Of a stretch of DNA of 64,000 bases, positions 36,358 through 49,485 are shown one piece after another (position 1 is the stretch's first letter; each line of letters starts with the position of its first letter). The notes under the pieces are model-generated. The model did not search any database. It was not told the DNA's origin and worked only from the letters and a program-made list of their open reading frames with translations. The stretch is from Phaeosaccion multiseriatum (Eukaryota; Protista; Ochrophyta, other classes), in the NCBI GenBank assembly GCA_965112735.1, contig OZ218957.1, positions 1 through 64,000 of the forward strand, read 5' to 3'. The position numbers and the translations under genes were made by a program.

Positions 36358-36857
36358 ATTACGGGATGTGCCTGGTGCTGCGCCTGCTAGGCGCCTGGGG
36401 TGGGATCCCGCCCTCTTTCTCTCGACCTCCCTATCTGGGGCTCTCAGGCCTCTTTCAACTTGTTTGTGGCAAAAATAAGCAAGGCGCCTGCCCTACCGTA
36501 GCAAGGTTGCCCAATCCGCAATGCACGCACGTGTGTTTGAGACGTCCTGGGAAGAGTGGTGTGCCCCCCCTCGCCGCCCGCTTTGATTCCACTACTTGCG
36601 TTTTTCGGCCGTGTCCTGTGTGTGCTTCCGAAATTGAGCCCGAAGTGGCGTCCATCATCGTTCAAAAGTCAGTGAAATTGCTTTGATTGGGCCATGTCAC
36701 ATCAGCATTGGCAAAAGGGATAATTTATTTTCCCTCCCCTTTTCTTTCGCATCGCCTTATCGTGTAATGCCGGGACTTTTTTGCGTAATGCGGTGAGAGG
36801 AGGGTGAAACTCGGACGAAGAGCACTGTACCAGCCGGGGGAAATTCGGCCGCCCATC

Positions 36858-38376
36858 ATGGCTCTACGACGAAGGGTGCTGATGCTGGGGCTCATGCCCT
36901 TGGCGGCGAGCTTCAGCTTTCAGGCTTCTCCCTCAGCGCCCGCACAGCCTTCGGCGTCAACGCCATTGTACTCCCCATCAGCTTCGGTCTCTTCTCCTTC
37001 TTCGTGTTCTTCTTCTTCGGCCTCGCGCGTCCCGCCCTCTTCTTCGGCATCCGCGCCGCCACGCCTCTCCAAAGGAGAAATGTTCGTCACCTACATTCTG
37101 GGGCATCGGGTTCGCACGCTGAGCAAGGAGGAGTCCGCAGAGGTCACTGGGGGCAGAGGCATGACGGGCTCTTGCTCGGTGGTGCTGGGCGGAGAGGTGC
37201 TGGACGACCCCTCCTTCCTCGACGAAATGGCGGTGGGAGGGGGCACTCGGCCGGAGGACAGCGTGCTGGTGCGTCGGTGGCGGGGGGCAGGGGGTGTGTG
37301 GGGGGAGGGGCTGGAGAGGTGTTTGTGGCTATCTTCGCGCTGATTGGCCGACCACCGGTTACTGAAGTGTGAGATTGTATGTGCTTGTGGGGGGCGTCAC
37401 GCCGCCGATCTTATCCTCCTCCTGGAAACACAGCCCTCCCCTTCCTCCCTTCATCCTCCTCCCCGCCCCCCTCTCTCCCTCCCTCCCCTCCCTCTGCCTT
37501 GCTCAGGTGATGGAGAAACTGAATGAGGATGGCGGCGGATGGCAGCGCGTGGCCGTGAGCGGTGCCATTACTGGGGGCGGGCGAGACATAGACAGCTACG
37601 TGTGTGCGCAGCTACCCGACGAAGCATACAACCCTGTGGACCAGAAAGTGACTGCGCTGCTACTCAGGGCGCTGTGGCAATGGCTTGTGGGCCCACAGGA
37701 CGACGTCACACTCAACTTCCGCGACTCACTGCCCACTCCCGGGGTCGGGCCCGCAAAGGAGGGAGGAGGAGGAGGAGGAGGAGGAGGAGGTAGCGAGGTG
37801 GAAGGGGGGGGGGGGGAGGAGGTGGTGGAGTGGGTGACCACCTCGGGCAAGGTGATCTGCCCCTTGCCCAGAGCGGTGGTGCACAAGTACAACCTCCTGC
37901 ACAGAGGGGCGGGCATTCTCGTCAAGAGCGAGGAGACGGGGGCCATCTACTGCCATCGCCGCAGCTCGGCCAAGCGAGTGTTTCCGAGTATGTATGACAT
38001 GTGGGTTGGAGGGGTGAGTGGGCGAGGCGAGAGCAGCGCCACCACGGCCCTCAGAGAGATCCAGGAGGAGCTGGGCGTTGCAAAAGGGAAGAGCACCAGC
38101 GATCTAGTCCCACTCTTTACGTGTACTGTGAACACGGCGTACAACCACTGCCTCGTTGACGTGTTTGAGTATTTGTGTGGCAGGGGGGAGGAGGTGACTT
38201 GGCAAGAGGAGGAGGTGGAGTGGGGGGCGTGGATCTCTGCAAAGGAGGTGGGCGACAAGCTCCTCACAGATGGCGGTAAGGAGGGGGAGGATGAAGGGTG
38301 GCAGGGGAAGGTGGTGCCCGACGGCTTGATCGTGTGGGAGGAGTACCTGCGGCTCTTCCCACGTCGAGAAGGATAG
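36858..38376 (+). CDS. NUDIX hydrolase with bipartite plastid-targeting leader, 2 exons
   Basis: Nudix box GGVSGRGESSATTALREIQEELGV and LLHRGAGILV...HRRSSAKRVFPSMYD (YfcD/IDI-like). Signal peptide ...LAAS|FSF followed by a Ser/Pro-rich transit peptide. Intron 37269-37506. Confidence 0.85.
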
Positions 38377-39922
38377 AGAAGGATAGGGGACGGAGGAGGA
38401 GGGGAGGAGGGAAGGAGGCGGCAGCAGCAGCAGCAGCAGCAGCAGCAGCCGAGGGGCAGCGGGCGCCCCGTTTTGCGGAAGCAGCAGTGGCAGCGGAGCG
38501 GAGGGAGCAAAGCAGTACCATAGAGAGAGAAGAGGGGCAGGTGTCTCACACGACACGCACGAGCAGGAGGGAGTGGATGGGGAGCGGCAGCAGGCAGCAG
38601 GACGCCTCTCCTGCGAGAAGGGAGGAAGAGGGGGAAGGTAAGGCGCCTCGAGGTGTGGTTTGTGTCAAGCACATAGATAGGGAGGTACAAGGAGCAGCAT
38701 AGAGGCTACTTAGATGAAGCGCTTCTTACTAAGATGAGGTACGAGTAGAGGGAGCGGCATAGAGGCTGGTTGGATGAAGCTCTTGATTCCCAACGGCTCT
38801 TCCTATCACGCACCACGCGCTGCGAGGTACGAGGGAGGGAGGCACTCATTCATTCACTCGCCCCTATTGTAATGGTTACGGTAACGGCCGCTATCCTTTT
38901 GGGGGTGGGGGAGGGCAAGGGTGGAAGGATGGATGGAAGGACGGAAGGAAGAGGAGAGGGGCAGCCGTGGACTTGATGAGCGGTGAGCGGCATGAGAAAG
39001 CCAAAGGCAGAGGGCTGAGGATGGCAGTGGATGGGGAGGGCGGAAGAGCACTGCGGCACGTGAGGAGAGAGCTCTGCAGGCTCGGCCATCCACTGCCATC
39101 CCCCCCACACACACACTTTTCTCCCAATGGGGAGTACTTTGTACATAAGAGCAGCAGCAGCAGCAAGCCACACACGTGCACAGGCCAACATGTGTGTCCC
39201 TTCGTTTTGAAGGCTATCGTAACAGCAGAAGGAACGACAGCTGGGTAGATGGGTGAAGATAGAGAAGCTGTAGGTAGGTAGGTAGGTAGGTAGGTAGACG
39301 GGTGACCTTTGGCAGTAGGTAGGTAGAGAGAAGAGTTTTTTTCTCCTTTTTCCTTCGAAAGAGGTTAGGGGAGGGTGTATATATTATTATTAAGCGGGAG
39401 GGGGGTTGGTGACAGACCAAGGGGCGCAAGGAGCAGAGCGGAGCAGTTGGTGACACAGCAGATCATCACAGGGTGTAGGTGGTCCTGAAAGAAGTGCGAG
39501 AGAGAAGGGCCCGACACTTGTCGGCAAGACACGGAGAGAAGGAATTTACTTCGTTCATTCGTTCCTTCATACAGCGCAAACCGAAAGCATATAGTGTTTG
39601 TTGTTGCTCGGCTGTAAAGCCCATTAGTTGTCGCTCGGCTCTAAAGCCCCTCGAGGCCCTCAAAGTCACCCTTTCGAGGCTTTTACGACTCAGTCAGGCC
39701 CCACCTAAGACCCTCCCCGAAGACGTTAACGACTTGGAAGGTCCCCCTTGAAAGACCATTAACATCTCGAGAGGGCCTCCCTTAAGGTCCCTCAAAGGAC
39801 ATTGACAAGGCTCTCCTGTAAAGCCCCCTGCCGACCATTGGCCTTCCCCCCGAAGGCCTTCCCTAAAGAGAGTTAACGGCTCTGGCCCCCGCCCCCCCGT
39901 AAGCCCCCCCCCCTTAAGGCCG

Positions 39923-42900
39923 TTAACGGCTTGAAAGGCCCCTCTTAAGACCATTAACGCCCCCCCTGGCCCACCCGTCCCTGACAATGTGCACGAGCGC
40001 CCCTGCGTCTTCGGCCTTGATGGCAGCCCGGCACTCGCTCACCTGGCATTGATGAAATAGAGGTATATGGGGGGCGTTACATTTAGAGGCATATGGGGGG
40101 GGGAGGGAGGGAGGATTCGAGAACACAATCGGAGGCATATGATACACACTGAGAGCATATGGTATGGCAGATTAAAGAGAAGCACTCACTCACGCACTCA
40201 TTCACTCACTCACTCACTCACTCACTCACTCACCACACGTGTGCGAGCTGCGCCCATGCGAAGATTAGCGGCCTTTTGCACCACCGAGTTGACGCTCTTC
40301 AGAGCTGCCAGCAGAGCCTGGGATTGGGGGGGCAGGCCACGTAGGCGGTTAGTCAGTCAGTCAGTCAGTCAGTCAGTCAGTCACTACGTAAGTCGGCGGG
40401 AGTTTGCCCATAGGGGTGAAACTGCCCATTGAGTATGAACGGGTCAAGCAAGGCGAATACCCCTCCCTCCTCTCCTCCCTCCGTCCCTCCCTCTCTGCCT
40501 ACCTGGCTCCTTCTCCCCCCACTCAATCCCACTCTCACCCCACCCACCGACCCCCCGCCCCACTCCCACCCCTTCCCTCTTACTCCACCGACCTCATGAT
40601 TGTTGCTCCTCTTGACATGCTCTGCCACGAGCTGCCTGTTGAGGGAGTGCAGATCTGCGTATGCCTGTTTCATCCTCGGCATGTCCCTAAGCAATCGAGC
40701 GTCCTCTGCCCGCACCACAAGGGTCTGCACAGGGAGGGAGGGAGGGAGGGAGGGAGGGAGGGAGGGAGGGACGTAGTGAGTGGCGGTGCTGTGTGTAGCC
40801 TTGACGGACCCATACGCCAACAGAAGGGGACCCTCGGGAGTGTGAGTGCCAGTGCGGTGAGCCCTGACTGACCCATATGCCCACAGGAGGGGCCCCTCGG
40901 GAATGTGAGTGGCAGTGCTGTGGCCTCACCTTGACGCGCTGAGAGGAGTCCGCCATGTCCGCTGAGAGGCGCAGCCGAAGCGCATTATACTCCGATACCT
41001 GGTGTCAGGACAGAGGGTGGGTGGGTGTCAGGACAGAGGGTGGGTGGGTGTCAGGACAGGGGTCGGGTAGTTGAGTGGGCGGGTGGGTGGGTGAGTGAGT
41101 GAGTGGGTGTTTGGGTGGGTGAGAGTGGGTGAGTGTCAGAACACAGGGTTGGAATGGTGGGGAGGTGCCAGGATAAGGAGTGTCGAATGACGAGACTCCT
41201 ATTCATTCCTCCTCTTCCTCAACCCTCCTCCCTCTCCCTACCTGGGCCAGCACTAACTGAAAGTCCTCCATCTCCCTCTGAAAGTCCGCTCTCGCCTCCA
41301 ACTCTGTCACTTGCAGGGCCTTGCAGAGGTCTTGCGTGACTTCCCCTGCAAGGCGCATTGACTCGCAAGAGATCTGATTCAAGCACAGCAGTTGGTGATG
41401 CAGAGTGAGGGTGAGGGTGAGGGTGATGGTGATGTGACGGTGATGGTGAGATGAGGGTGAGGGTGAGGGTGATGGTGAGGGTGATGGTGAGGTGAGGGTG
41501 AGGGTGATGGTGAGGTGAGGGTGATGGTGAGATGAGGGTGAGGGTGATGGTGAGGGGAAGGGTGAGGGTGAGGGTGAGGGTGCGGGTGAGGGTGATGGTG
41601 AGATGAGGGTGATGGTGATGGTGAGGTGAGGGTGAGGGTGAGGGTGAGGGTGATGGTGAGGTGAAGGTGAGGGTGAGGGCAGGGGTGAGAGAGAGGAGAA
41701 AGGGTGATTTTCTTTACGAATGTGAAACTTAAAACTCAAACTCAAACTCAAATTAAAGTGCCTCCTCACCTTGATCTGCAGCCCGTGCTCCCTCCTGCAC
41801 TCCACCCGAAGTGGTTCCTGCTCTACCCCGTCCCCCCCTGGGCCCCCGCCACGCCCCCTCGGGTTCGAGCTACCGTTAATGCCGCCCACATGACTACTGC
41901 CCGCTCCAGCGTCGTCCCCTCCCCCCCTGGAGATACACAGGCACATGACCTCGCAGCCCCCCTCACTGTCCACAACAACTTCCTCCTCCACTAGGAAGGA
42001 CGCGTTGATCCACGCCGCTACACGCTGAGCCCCCCCCTGCTGGTCCCTTTCGGACAGACTGAAGGTGACGGAGGAGCGGGGCTGCAGGGCAGCGAAGCGG
42101 GGGTCCTCAGGGAACACCTTTGGGGGGGGGTGGAGGGGTGGAGGGGGGAATGTTTACATGTGGGCCATGCTTTACGATGATTCCAAGTGTTTTCGTTGTC
42201 TTCAGTTGATTTGAGTTGAGTTGAGTTGAGGACGATGAGAGGCTGATAAACCGAAACTCAAACTCACACTCAGACTCAAAGTCAATCTCAAGAAGCGTAC
42301 CTGGCAAAAGCGTGCGAACTTGGGCACCTGACACTCCGTATCGAGCACAAACAGCCTCCCCGCGTGTGCGCCCCTCGCTCCAATGTGCACCTGCACAGTA
42401 AGAGTGGCGGCTTGGTTCTTGGAGGCCTCCAGAGGCATACGGGCCTCCGTGGAGGGAGTGGAGGGGCACAGCACACGGGCCTCGCCACCCTCCCGACCTG
42501 GAAACATGCCTCCTGGGGGAATTGGGGGGGGGGGGGAGTGAGGGAAGGAAGAAAGGAAGGAAGGAAGGAAGGAAAGGAATGCGATACGGAAGACAGACAC
42601 AGGCGTAAAAGGAAAGAAGGTCACAATATCTACCCCTCTGCACCCCCACCCACTGACTGTCTAACCTTCAAGGTCCATGAGTACGACGTTAACGATAACG
42701 GCTTCCGTGCTTGAGGAGAGGCACAGCTCAAGGCGAGAATTGTCCCAATCAGGCCGCAGCGTGACGGACACCTCAGTGGAGGGAGGGACTGTTCCGGGAC
42801 CCTTCGCCTTGTTTCCCTTGCCACCGCTGGAAGAAGAGGAAGGGTCTGAGGCCTCCGCCACACGGAGTTGCAGAAGGAGGTCCTGCAGGAGGAGATTGAT

Positions 42901-43099
42901 GGGTTGAGTAGTGAGTGAGTGCAGGTGAGTATGTGTCTGTCGAACTTAAAAACTGCTCCCCAGAATGCCCCACCGACTGCCCAACTGCCTGGCGGCCCGA
43001 ATCAGCTTCCAAGCAACCTAACAACCAACACACACACATACCATGCATACGCACACACAAAAACACACAAACACACAAGCGCACACACATGCACACACA

Positions 43100-43152
<53 letters not shown>

Positions 43153-46007
43153 GCTTCGTCCTCTGCAGCTTGTCGATCATACTTCGCAGCCTCTGCTCTG
43201 CTTTCTTGTCTCCCTCCCCTCCCCCTTCCGCCCCCGCCTGGCCTCCAAGGCCCATCCCGAGCTCGGAAACATGCTCGTTGGAGGGCGGCAGTGCAGGGTA
43301 GCCTCGCACCTCCCCCGCCGTAGACACCACCACAAGCTCAGAGGGGCCTCCTGGGGTGCGGAAATCGCCGTGCATGAGGGCCGCAATGGGGGCGGATGCA
43401 GTGTCCTTGTACACGACGCTGCCATTTGTTGGGTCGCGTACCGACAGCCCCCCGTGGTCCCAGCCACTCACGAGCTCGGCCACGCCGTCGGCATTGAGGT
43501 CGAAGGCCGTCAGAGCCGTAACCTGTTGTTTGGTTTGTTTGCATGTAGTAAGGCAATAGAATGGAAGGAAGGCAGCGGATGGGTAGAGAAAGAGGAGAGA
43601 ACAGAGCATCGAGAGGAGGCAGAGGTAGATAGGATCAGTCGAGAGACAGACGCAAACCGCATAGTTAGTAACTAACTCTACCAACGGTTGCAACGGTTAC
43701 ACACTAACCTGGTGCTTGGTCTTGACACGCCACACGCGCTTGTCTCTCGTGTACACCCCAACCGTCCCGTTGGCAAGTCCGTAGGCCCAATGGCACCCTC
43801 GCCCCGCCCCCAACGAGGGGCCCAACAAGGGGGTCAGGTGTGTCACCTTCGTTGTTGCGGTAGGCAGTTACGGTACGTAAGGGATGTGTGACGTTTAGTT
43901 TGGGGAGTTTGCCGTCAACGTAACCGTAAGGGGGTGGCAGATGTATATCAAACCTCCGTCCACTGACACAACCTCTTGCGTCCCCGCATACACACACGCA
44001 CATACATACATACGCACGCACACGCACACACGCACACACACTTCACGCGCAGCCCCTCCCCCACGCATCCATCCACTACCATCCACCCACACCCACTGCC
44101 ACCCACCCACGCCCCCACTGACTTACTGACCTTGTCTGCCTCTGTGACCTCCATGGCCGAGTCCTCCGCCTTGTACGACCGTACCTCAAAGTCCTCCCCC
44201 CCCACCAACAGCTCGTCCACTCCGTCCCCATCCACGTCTCCATACGCCAAAGCGGAAACCCTATCTCCCGCCACAGTCCAGAACTGCTCCACGCCCCTTG
44301 CGTCGAAGCCTTGTATGGAGCAGTTGCCCCCCACCACTACCAAAGACGCCCCTCCTCCTGCCCCTGCCCCTCCATCCACTGCCATCCCGCCGGACCCATT
44401 GGACCCGCCTGATCTGGAGGTGGCACTGCCTCCCCCTCCCCCGATTCCATCCCAGGCCTCGCCCCCTCCCCCTCCTCCTCCTCCTCCTCCTCCTCCTCCT
44501 CCTCCTACCCCCCCAATGGCGATGGCGCTGACTCCATCCGGCACCTCCTTGTAGAACACATCCTGGGGTGGAAGATGGTCAGTGAGGAGACGCGCGAAGT
44601 GTTGAAAGCCAAATGACTAAATCAATAAACAAGTTAAAGCATCCCCCCTTCCTCCCCCTCCCCCTCCTCCTTCCTCCTCCTCCCCTCCTCCCCCTCCTCC
44701 TTCCTCCTCCTCCCCTCCTCCCCCTCCCCCTTCCTCCTCCTCCCCCTCCTCCTCCCCCTCCTCCTCCCCCTTCCTCCTCTCCCCCCTCCTCCTCCTCCTC
44801 CTCCTACCTGGTTGTTCTCAACGTCGTAGGCGAGCAGGTTTGTGTCGCTGCCCACGAACAAGGTGTCCGCAACAGCGTCTGGGGACAGCCTCCCGGCCGC
44901 TGTGAGCGGGCGTGTGGGCGCGTGGGGGCGGGGCCGTGCGTGTAGGTGGGGTTGTGCGTGCGGTTAGTTGATAGAGTCTGCTTTCTTTGCTTGCCTGCTT
45001 ACTGACATAGGGAGGGGTTCAACTGCCAATCAATCAATCCATCAATCTGCTGTTCCTTTCGTCACAGACAAAGCACTTACCCAATGCTGTCATTCTCCGT
45101 CCAATGCTGAGGAACTGCGCCTCTTCCTGCCCCCCCCCCAGTCCCTTGGCGTGTGCATTGTAAATGAGCACTTTGCCGCCGGAGGTGGCCGCAGTGATGG
45201 AGAGGTGCTTGCCATCGTCTGAGATAAAGGGAAATGAGGAGTGAGAGGAGGGAAGGGAAAGGAGAGACGAAAGAGATAAGAGGGGAGGAACGGATGGAAT
45301 GCGAGGAGAGGAGAGAGATGACAAGGAGATAAGGGAAGAGGAGAGAAAGCGGTCTCTCTGTTTGGGCTGATCGTGGCATGTGCGGTACGACTGCCTATAG
45401 TTAGCGGCCCTTTGTTGTGGCTTTGTATAGACCGAGGCTATAGACCGAGGCTACACTATAGACCGAGGCTAATCCTAAGGCTACACACCGAGCCGCTCTG
45501 CGAGAGAACGTTGAGCATGAGCACCGCCATTGCCGCAGGGTCGGGTCGTGTCGCAGAGGGGCCACCTCGGCGAGAGCCGTTGTGCTTCTCCACCGAGCGT
45601 AACACTGCATCGCCTACCCCAAACCCCCCGCGCCGCGGTGAAGCAGCAATACAGGAACCTCCAGCACACACAGCCTCAGAGGTACTAGCTCCACCTGTGC
45701 AGCTCTGCCTCTGTAGCTCTGCCCCTGCCTCTCCCCCCATCCGTCTCCCGACGACGTGCAGCGAACAAGTCAGGGGTGTTGCTGGTCGACCTTCCTTCCC
45801 CTACTGGCCCTTCTGGGCCAGCAAATCCTTGCCTCCTTGCCTCTGTCCCCCTCCTCTACGCTTTAACACTCTTTCTTTCTCCTTTCCCCTCCCCTTCTCT
45901 CTCTCCCTCCTTGTCACTTCACTGACTGACTTACATCTCCCCCATGTCGCGAGCCCTGGCTGCACCTGATTCCCCAGAGGCAGCGAGAAAGCGGGCCGGA
46001 TCTTCAT
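39923..46007 (-). CDS. BBS2: Bardet-Biedl syndrome 2 protein (BBSome subunit), ~14 exons
   Basis: MKIRPAFSLPLGNQVQPGLATWGRYDGKHLSITAATSGGKV; FYKEVPDGVSAI; VGGNCSIQGFD...FWTVAGDRVSAL...ELLVGGEDFEVR; AYGLANGTVGVY; FDLNADGVAELVSGW; RAEDARLL..M..MK; C-terminal VSECRAAIK. The exact stop is less certain. Confidence 0.93.
41403..41690. repeat. Degenerate (GTGAGG/GTGATG)n hexamer array in a BBS2 intron
   Basis: Run of TGAGGG/TGATGG hexamers. Confidence 0.9.
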
Positions 46008-46486
46008 CTCCTCCCCGGTAGCAGCTCCCCTCAGAGCAGCTTCTCTTCACATTCTCACGACAAGTCAGGGACTTGTTCGCTGGTAATAATTTCGTTGATG
46101 CTTCCCCATTTCGACCGTCTACTTGCCGCACCACGAAGGAGGAGAGGTTCCGAAGGAGCCTCACACACTTTCTTACTATCAATACGACCAGCAACTCAGA
46201 TGGTGGAGAGGGAAGAAGAGAGAAAAAAAAGCGACGTGACTGTTGCACCTGTGAGATTACCAGTACGTATAACCAACTCGCGTATTTATCCACGGGATGA
46301 TTCGCGTGGGAACCTGGAATTTGGGTTCTTTTTTCTTTTTTTGTTTTTCGCGACCTCGACGATCGACCCGGCCGAAGTGCATAGAAAGGTGAAAGTTTCA
46401 AAGGCTTGCTCAGAGGAGAGGGAGAAGGGAGGGAAAAGGAGGGAAAGAGGAGAATAGAAACAAAGGGAAGAGGAGGGGGGAGGACG

Positions 46487-49066
46487 ATGGCAGGCACAAA
46501 GCGGCAAAAGAAGCGTTGTGGAGCCGACATGGTGGGAAGCCGCCCGATGGGAGCTGGCGGAGGACGGGGGAAATGCAGTGTCTCTAGGAGGAGCGGGCCG
46601 ACCACGCGGGGCAGCAGCAGAAGCGTGCTGACTCTCCTCCACGGGACAGACCAGCTGCGTAGCTGTGACGCCGTCCTGCACAGCGTGCTCGCCTTCCTCT
46701 CCGCGTAAGTGTGACGGTTTCTTGTTAGTGGTCAGGTTGAAGGCCGAGGAGACTCATCATCCTTCGTCCCGCTCTTTCCCCCACCTCCTCCCTGCTCGTG
46801 CTCTACATCTTTAGTCGTGACCTTGCGCGGTGCATACCCACGAGCGCGCTGATGCACCGCATCGGATCTTCTGAGACGCTGTGGGATGACCACTGTCAAG
46901 AGCTGTGGAGCGACAAGGTTGGTTACGTGGAACTTCCCACTTTGATTGATGGATGGATGCGTCGGTCAACTGATGCCTTGACGACTGACTGAGCTACTGA
47001 TCGACTCACTGGCTAACCTCCTCTCCTTGATTGACCGACTGACTATGCATGTGATTGATTCCCTGACCTCCTCCTCTCCTTTCCTTGTTTGTCTGACGAA
47101 TGACTAAGCTACTGATCGACTCGCTGACCTCCTCCTCTCCTTGATTGACTGACTGAGCTACTGATCGACTCGCTGACCTCCTCCTCTCCTTGATTGACTG
47201 ACTAAGCAACTGATTGATTCACTGACCTCCTCCTCTTCCTCCTCCTCCTCCTGCTGCCGCTGGTGCTGCTCCTTCATCGACATGCCCTACGTAACGATGG
47301 CCTTGACACGCTCGGCTTCCTCCGCTGACGGGGCACGCACTGGTGGGGCAGGTGTACGTGCCCGAGAGTGTCCGTGCGCTGCCCTCGTACCGGGGCTACC
47401 CCGCCTCTCTGGCGGACGCCAAGCGCCAGCACCTTACAAAGGCCGAGCTCACGGGCTTCAAGTGGGCATTCCGCTTCAAGCAGGTAAGAATAAGCAGCCC
47501 CCGGTCACTCGGTGGCGGGGACAGCAAAAGTCCTCCCTCCTCCATGTCAACTCATGCCCAAGTCGTCCCCGCCTATCACCCTCTCCATCACCCTCTCTAT
47601 GACCCTCTCCACCGACCAACCCCTTTCCCCTTTCCCCTCTCCCCTCTCCCCCCCCCCCCCTGATGCGCAGGCTGCTGGTGAGCAGTGGCTGCTGCGCGAC
47701 CCCTGGTGGCGGGGCTGTCCCTCCCCTCCCGCGTGCTTCCTCCCCGACGGGAAGGTCTCTCGCACCTTCACCATGCCGCCCGAGGACCTCGCCAGGGCCC
47801 AGCAGGAGATGGCAGCAGCAGGAGGACCAGGAGGCGGAGGAGGAGGAGGAGGAGGAGGAGGAGGAGGAGGCACTGCGGCTGTTGGTGATACGGCGGGGGA
47901 GGGGGGAGGGGGGCTGCTGGAGGAGCTTCTTCTTGATGACATCGCCACAGAGGACATCACGTGGAAGGGTGAGTGTGTGTGAGTTTCAGGGTCTTGGAGG
48001 TGTGAGTGTGAGTTTCAGTGTCTTGGACAGTGAGGGATGAGTGACTGTGAGTCTTGGACACGTGGTCACGACCCACGACCTTCGGTGAGAGTGGAGTGCC
48101 TTAAGTCCAGAGAGGAGTACCTTCGGGACCTGTCTGTGCTTCGACTGCGCCCGCCGCTCCTCCACAAAGCGCTCTCTCTTCTTGCAATGCTCTTCAGTAT
48201 TCTCTGCCTGTGTATAACCCTCCCTCCGTACCTTCTCTCCACCCACGACAAAAGTGGTCATGTCAAGGTGTGGGCGGGCGGGCCCCAAGGGTACCTTCAT
48301 CAGAAAATTCATCCGTGGCCGAGAGGCGCCCACCTTTCGCGTCAGCAGAAACCCCATGAATTGGGGCTTCGTGATGCAGAGCTGCTGGCTTGTGTACACG
48401 TCATGGGCCATGCCCAGCAAGAAGGAGTGCCAGGGTGAGTGGTTGGGTGGGTGGGTGGGTGGGTAGGTGCGTGGGTGGGTGAGTGGGTGGGTAGGTATGT
48501 GCGTGGGTATGTGAGTGGGTGGGTGGGTGCGGATCCGTGCATGAATGAATGAGCTGACTCGCGGCGAGTGGGCAATTGTTTTTACTTCTTTTAGCCTCAC
48601 CTCACCCACTCACTGCCTCTCCTACCCACTCACCCACTTACTCACACACACCCTCACTCACTCACTCCCTCACTCACTCCCTCTGTTCTGTCCTCGCGCC
48701 CCCCCAGATCCCGAGCGGTGGGAGGGCGGGGGGTTGGGGCTGAAGAGTGACTCCGTTGATGACCAGTGGATCGAGGCACAGAGCTTCAACACAGGTCAGT
48801 CAGTGCCTGGTATCAGTCAGTCAGTCAGTCAGTCAGTCAGTCAGTCCGTTGGTCAGACGCAGCTGCACCACCACTTCTTTTCTCTCACTGTCCTCTCCTT
48901 CTGTCTCTCCCTCTCTCTATCTCTTTCTTCTCTCTCTCTCTACTCTCCCTGCATTCTCTTGTCCACCCGTATTCCCTTATTCTCAGGAGTGCCTTTCCAC
49001 GTGCACTCCGACGAGGAGGACGCATCGGTCGCCGAGCTGGGGTGGCCAGGAGGAGACGAGTGGTAG
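46487..49066 (+). CDS. F-box protein resembling the plant At5g52880-like family, ~7 exons
   Basis: F-box-like DAVLHSVLAFLSA|RDLARCIPTS...SETLWDDHC; AELTGFKWAFRFKQ|AAGEQWLLRDPWW.G....FLPDG; VSRNPMNWGFVMQSCW. Family assignment is from memory. Confidence 0.7.
46983..47230. repeat. ~49-bp degenerate minisatellite in F-box intron 2
   Basis: GACTGACTGAGCTACTGATCGACTCGCTGACCTCCTCCTCTCCTTGATT repeated about 4-5 times. Confidence 0.8.
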
Positions 49067-49485
49067 AGGGAACGAACAGGCACTGGGGCGGGCAGGGGGA
49101 CTGGGGGGTTCGAGTCCCAACAGCTCGCAGAAGGAAATTCATGTCAAGCGGATGCGAGCGGCTGCCCAGCAGCTTGGGCTCTTACCCACATGACGCTTCA
49201 CCTTCTCGGTGGACGGAGATGCTTCCCTCGAGCTGTTGGGGCTCCAACCCCAAGAAGGAACCTCCTCGAAAGTGCTCACTGTCCATTGAGGTACAAGAAG
49301 GATGCGCATCTTTGTACATCTCTACGTGCCTTACGCATCTTGGGAAGTCGAGCCAATGTACTGAACAGGGTGTGGTGTGGTGTGGTGTGGGGCCTCGGAT
49401 CGAGTCAGCTCTGAGGCCGAGTGGGGCCGAGTGCATCGGCTGATTCAGCGACAGTAGCGACTGCACAATCGAGAGAGCTGCTTTA

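Noticed and set aside
39600-39975. Possible further TCG-family MITE (TCGGCT starts, recurring GTTAAC/AAGGCCCC words)
   Set aside because: No matching inverted terminus or TSD; looks like a degenerate tandem repeat downstream of BBS2.
45426-45490. (TATAGACCGAGGC)x3 in BBS2 intron 1 as a MITE A remnant
   Set aside because: Only loose similarity to MITE A subterminal words; no TIR or TSD.
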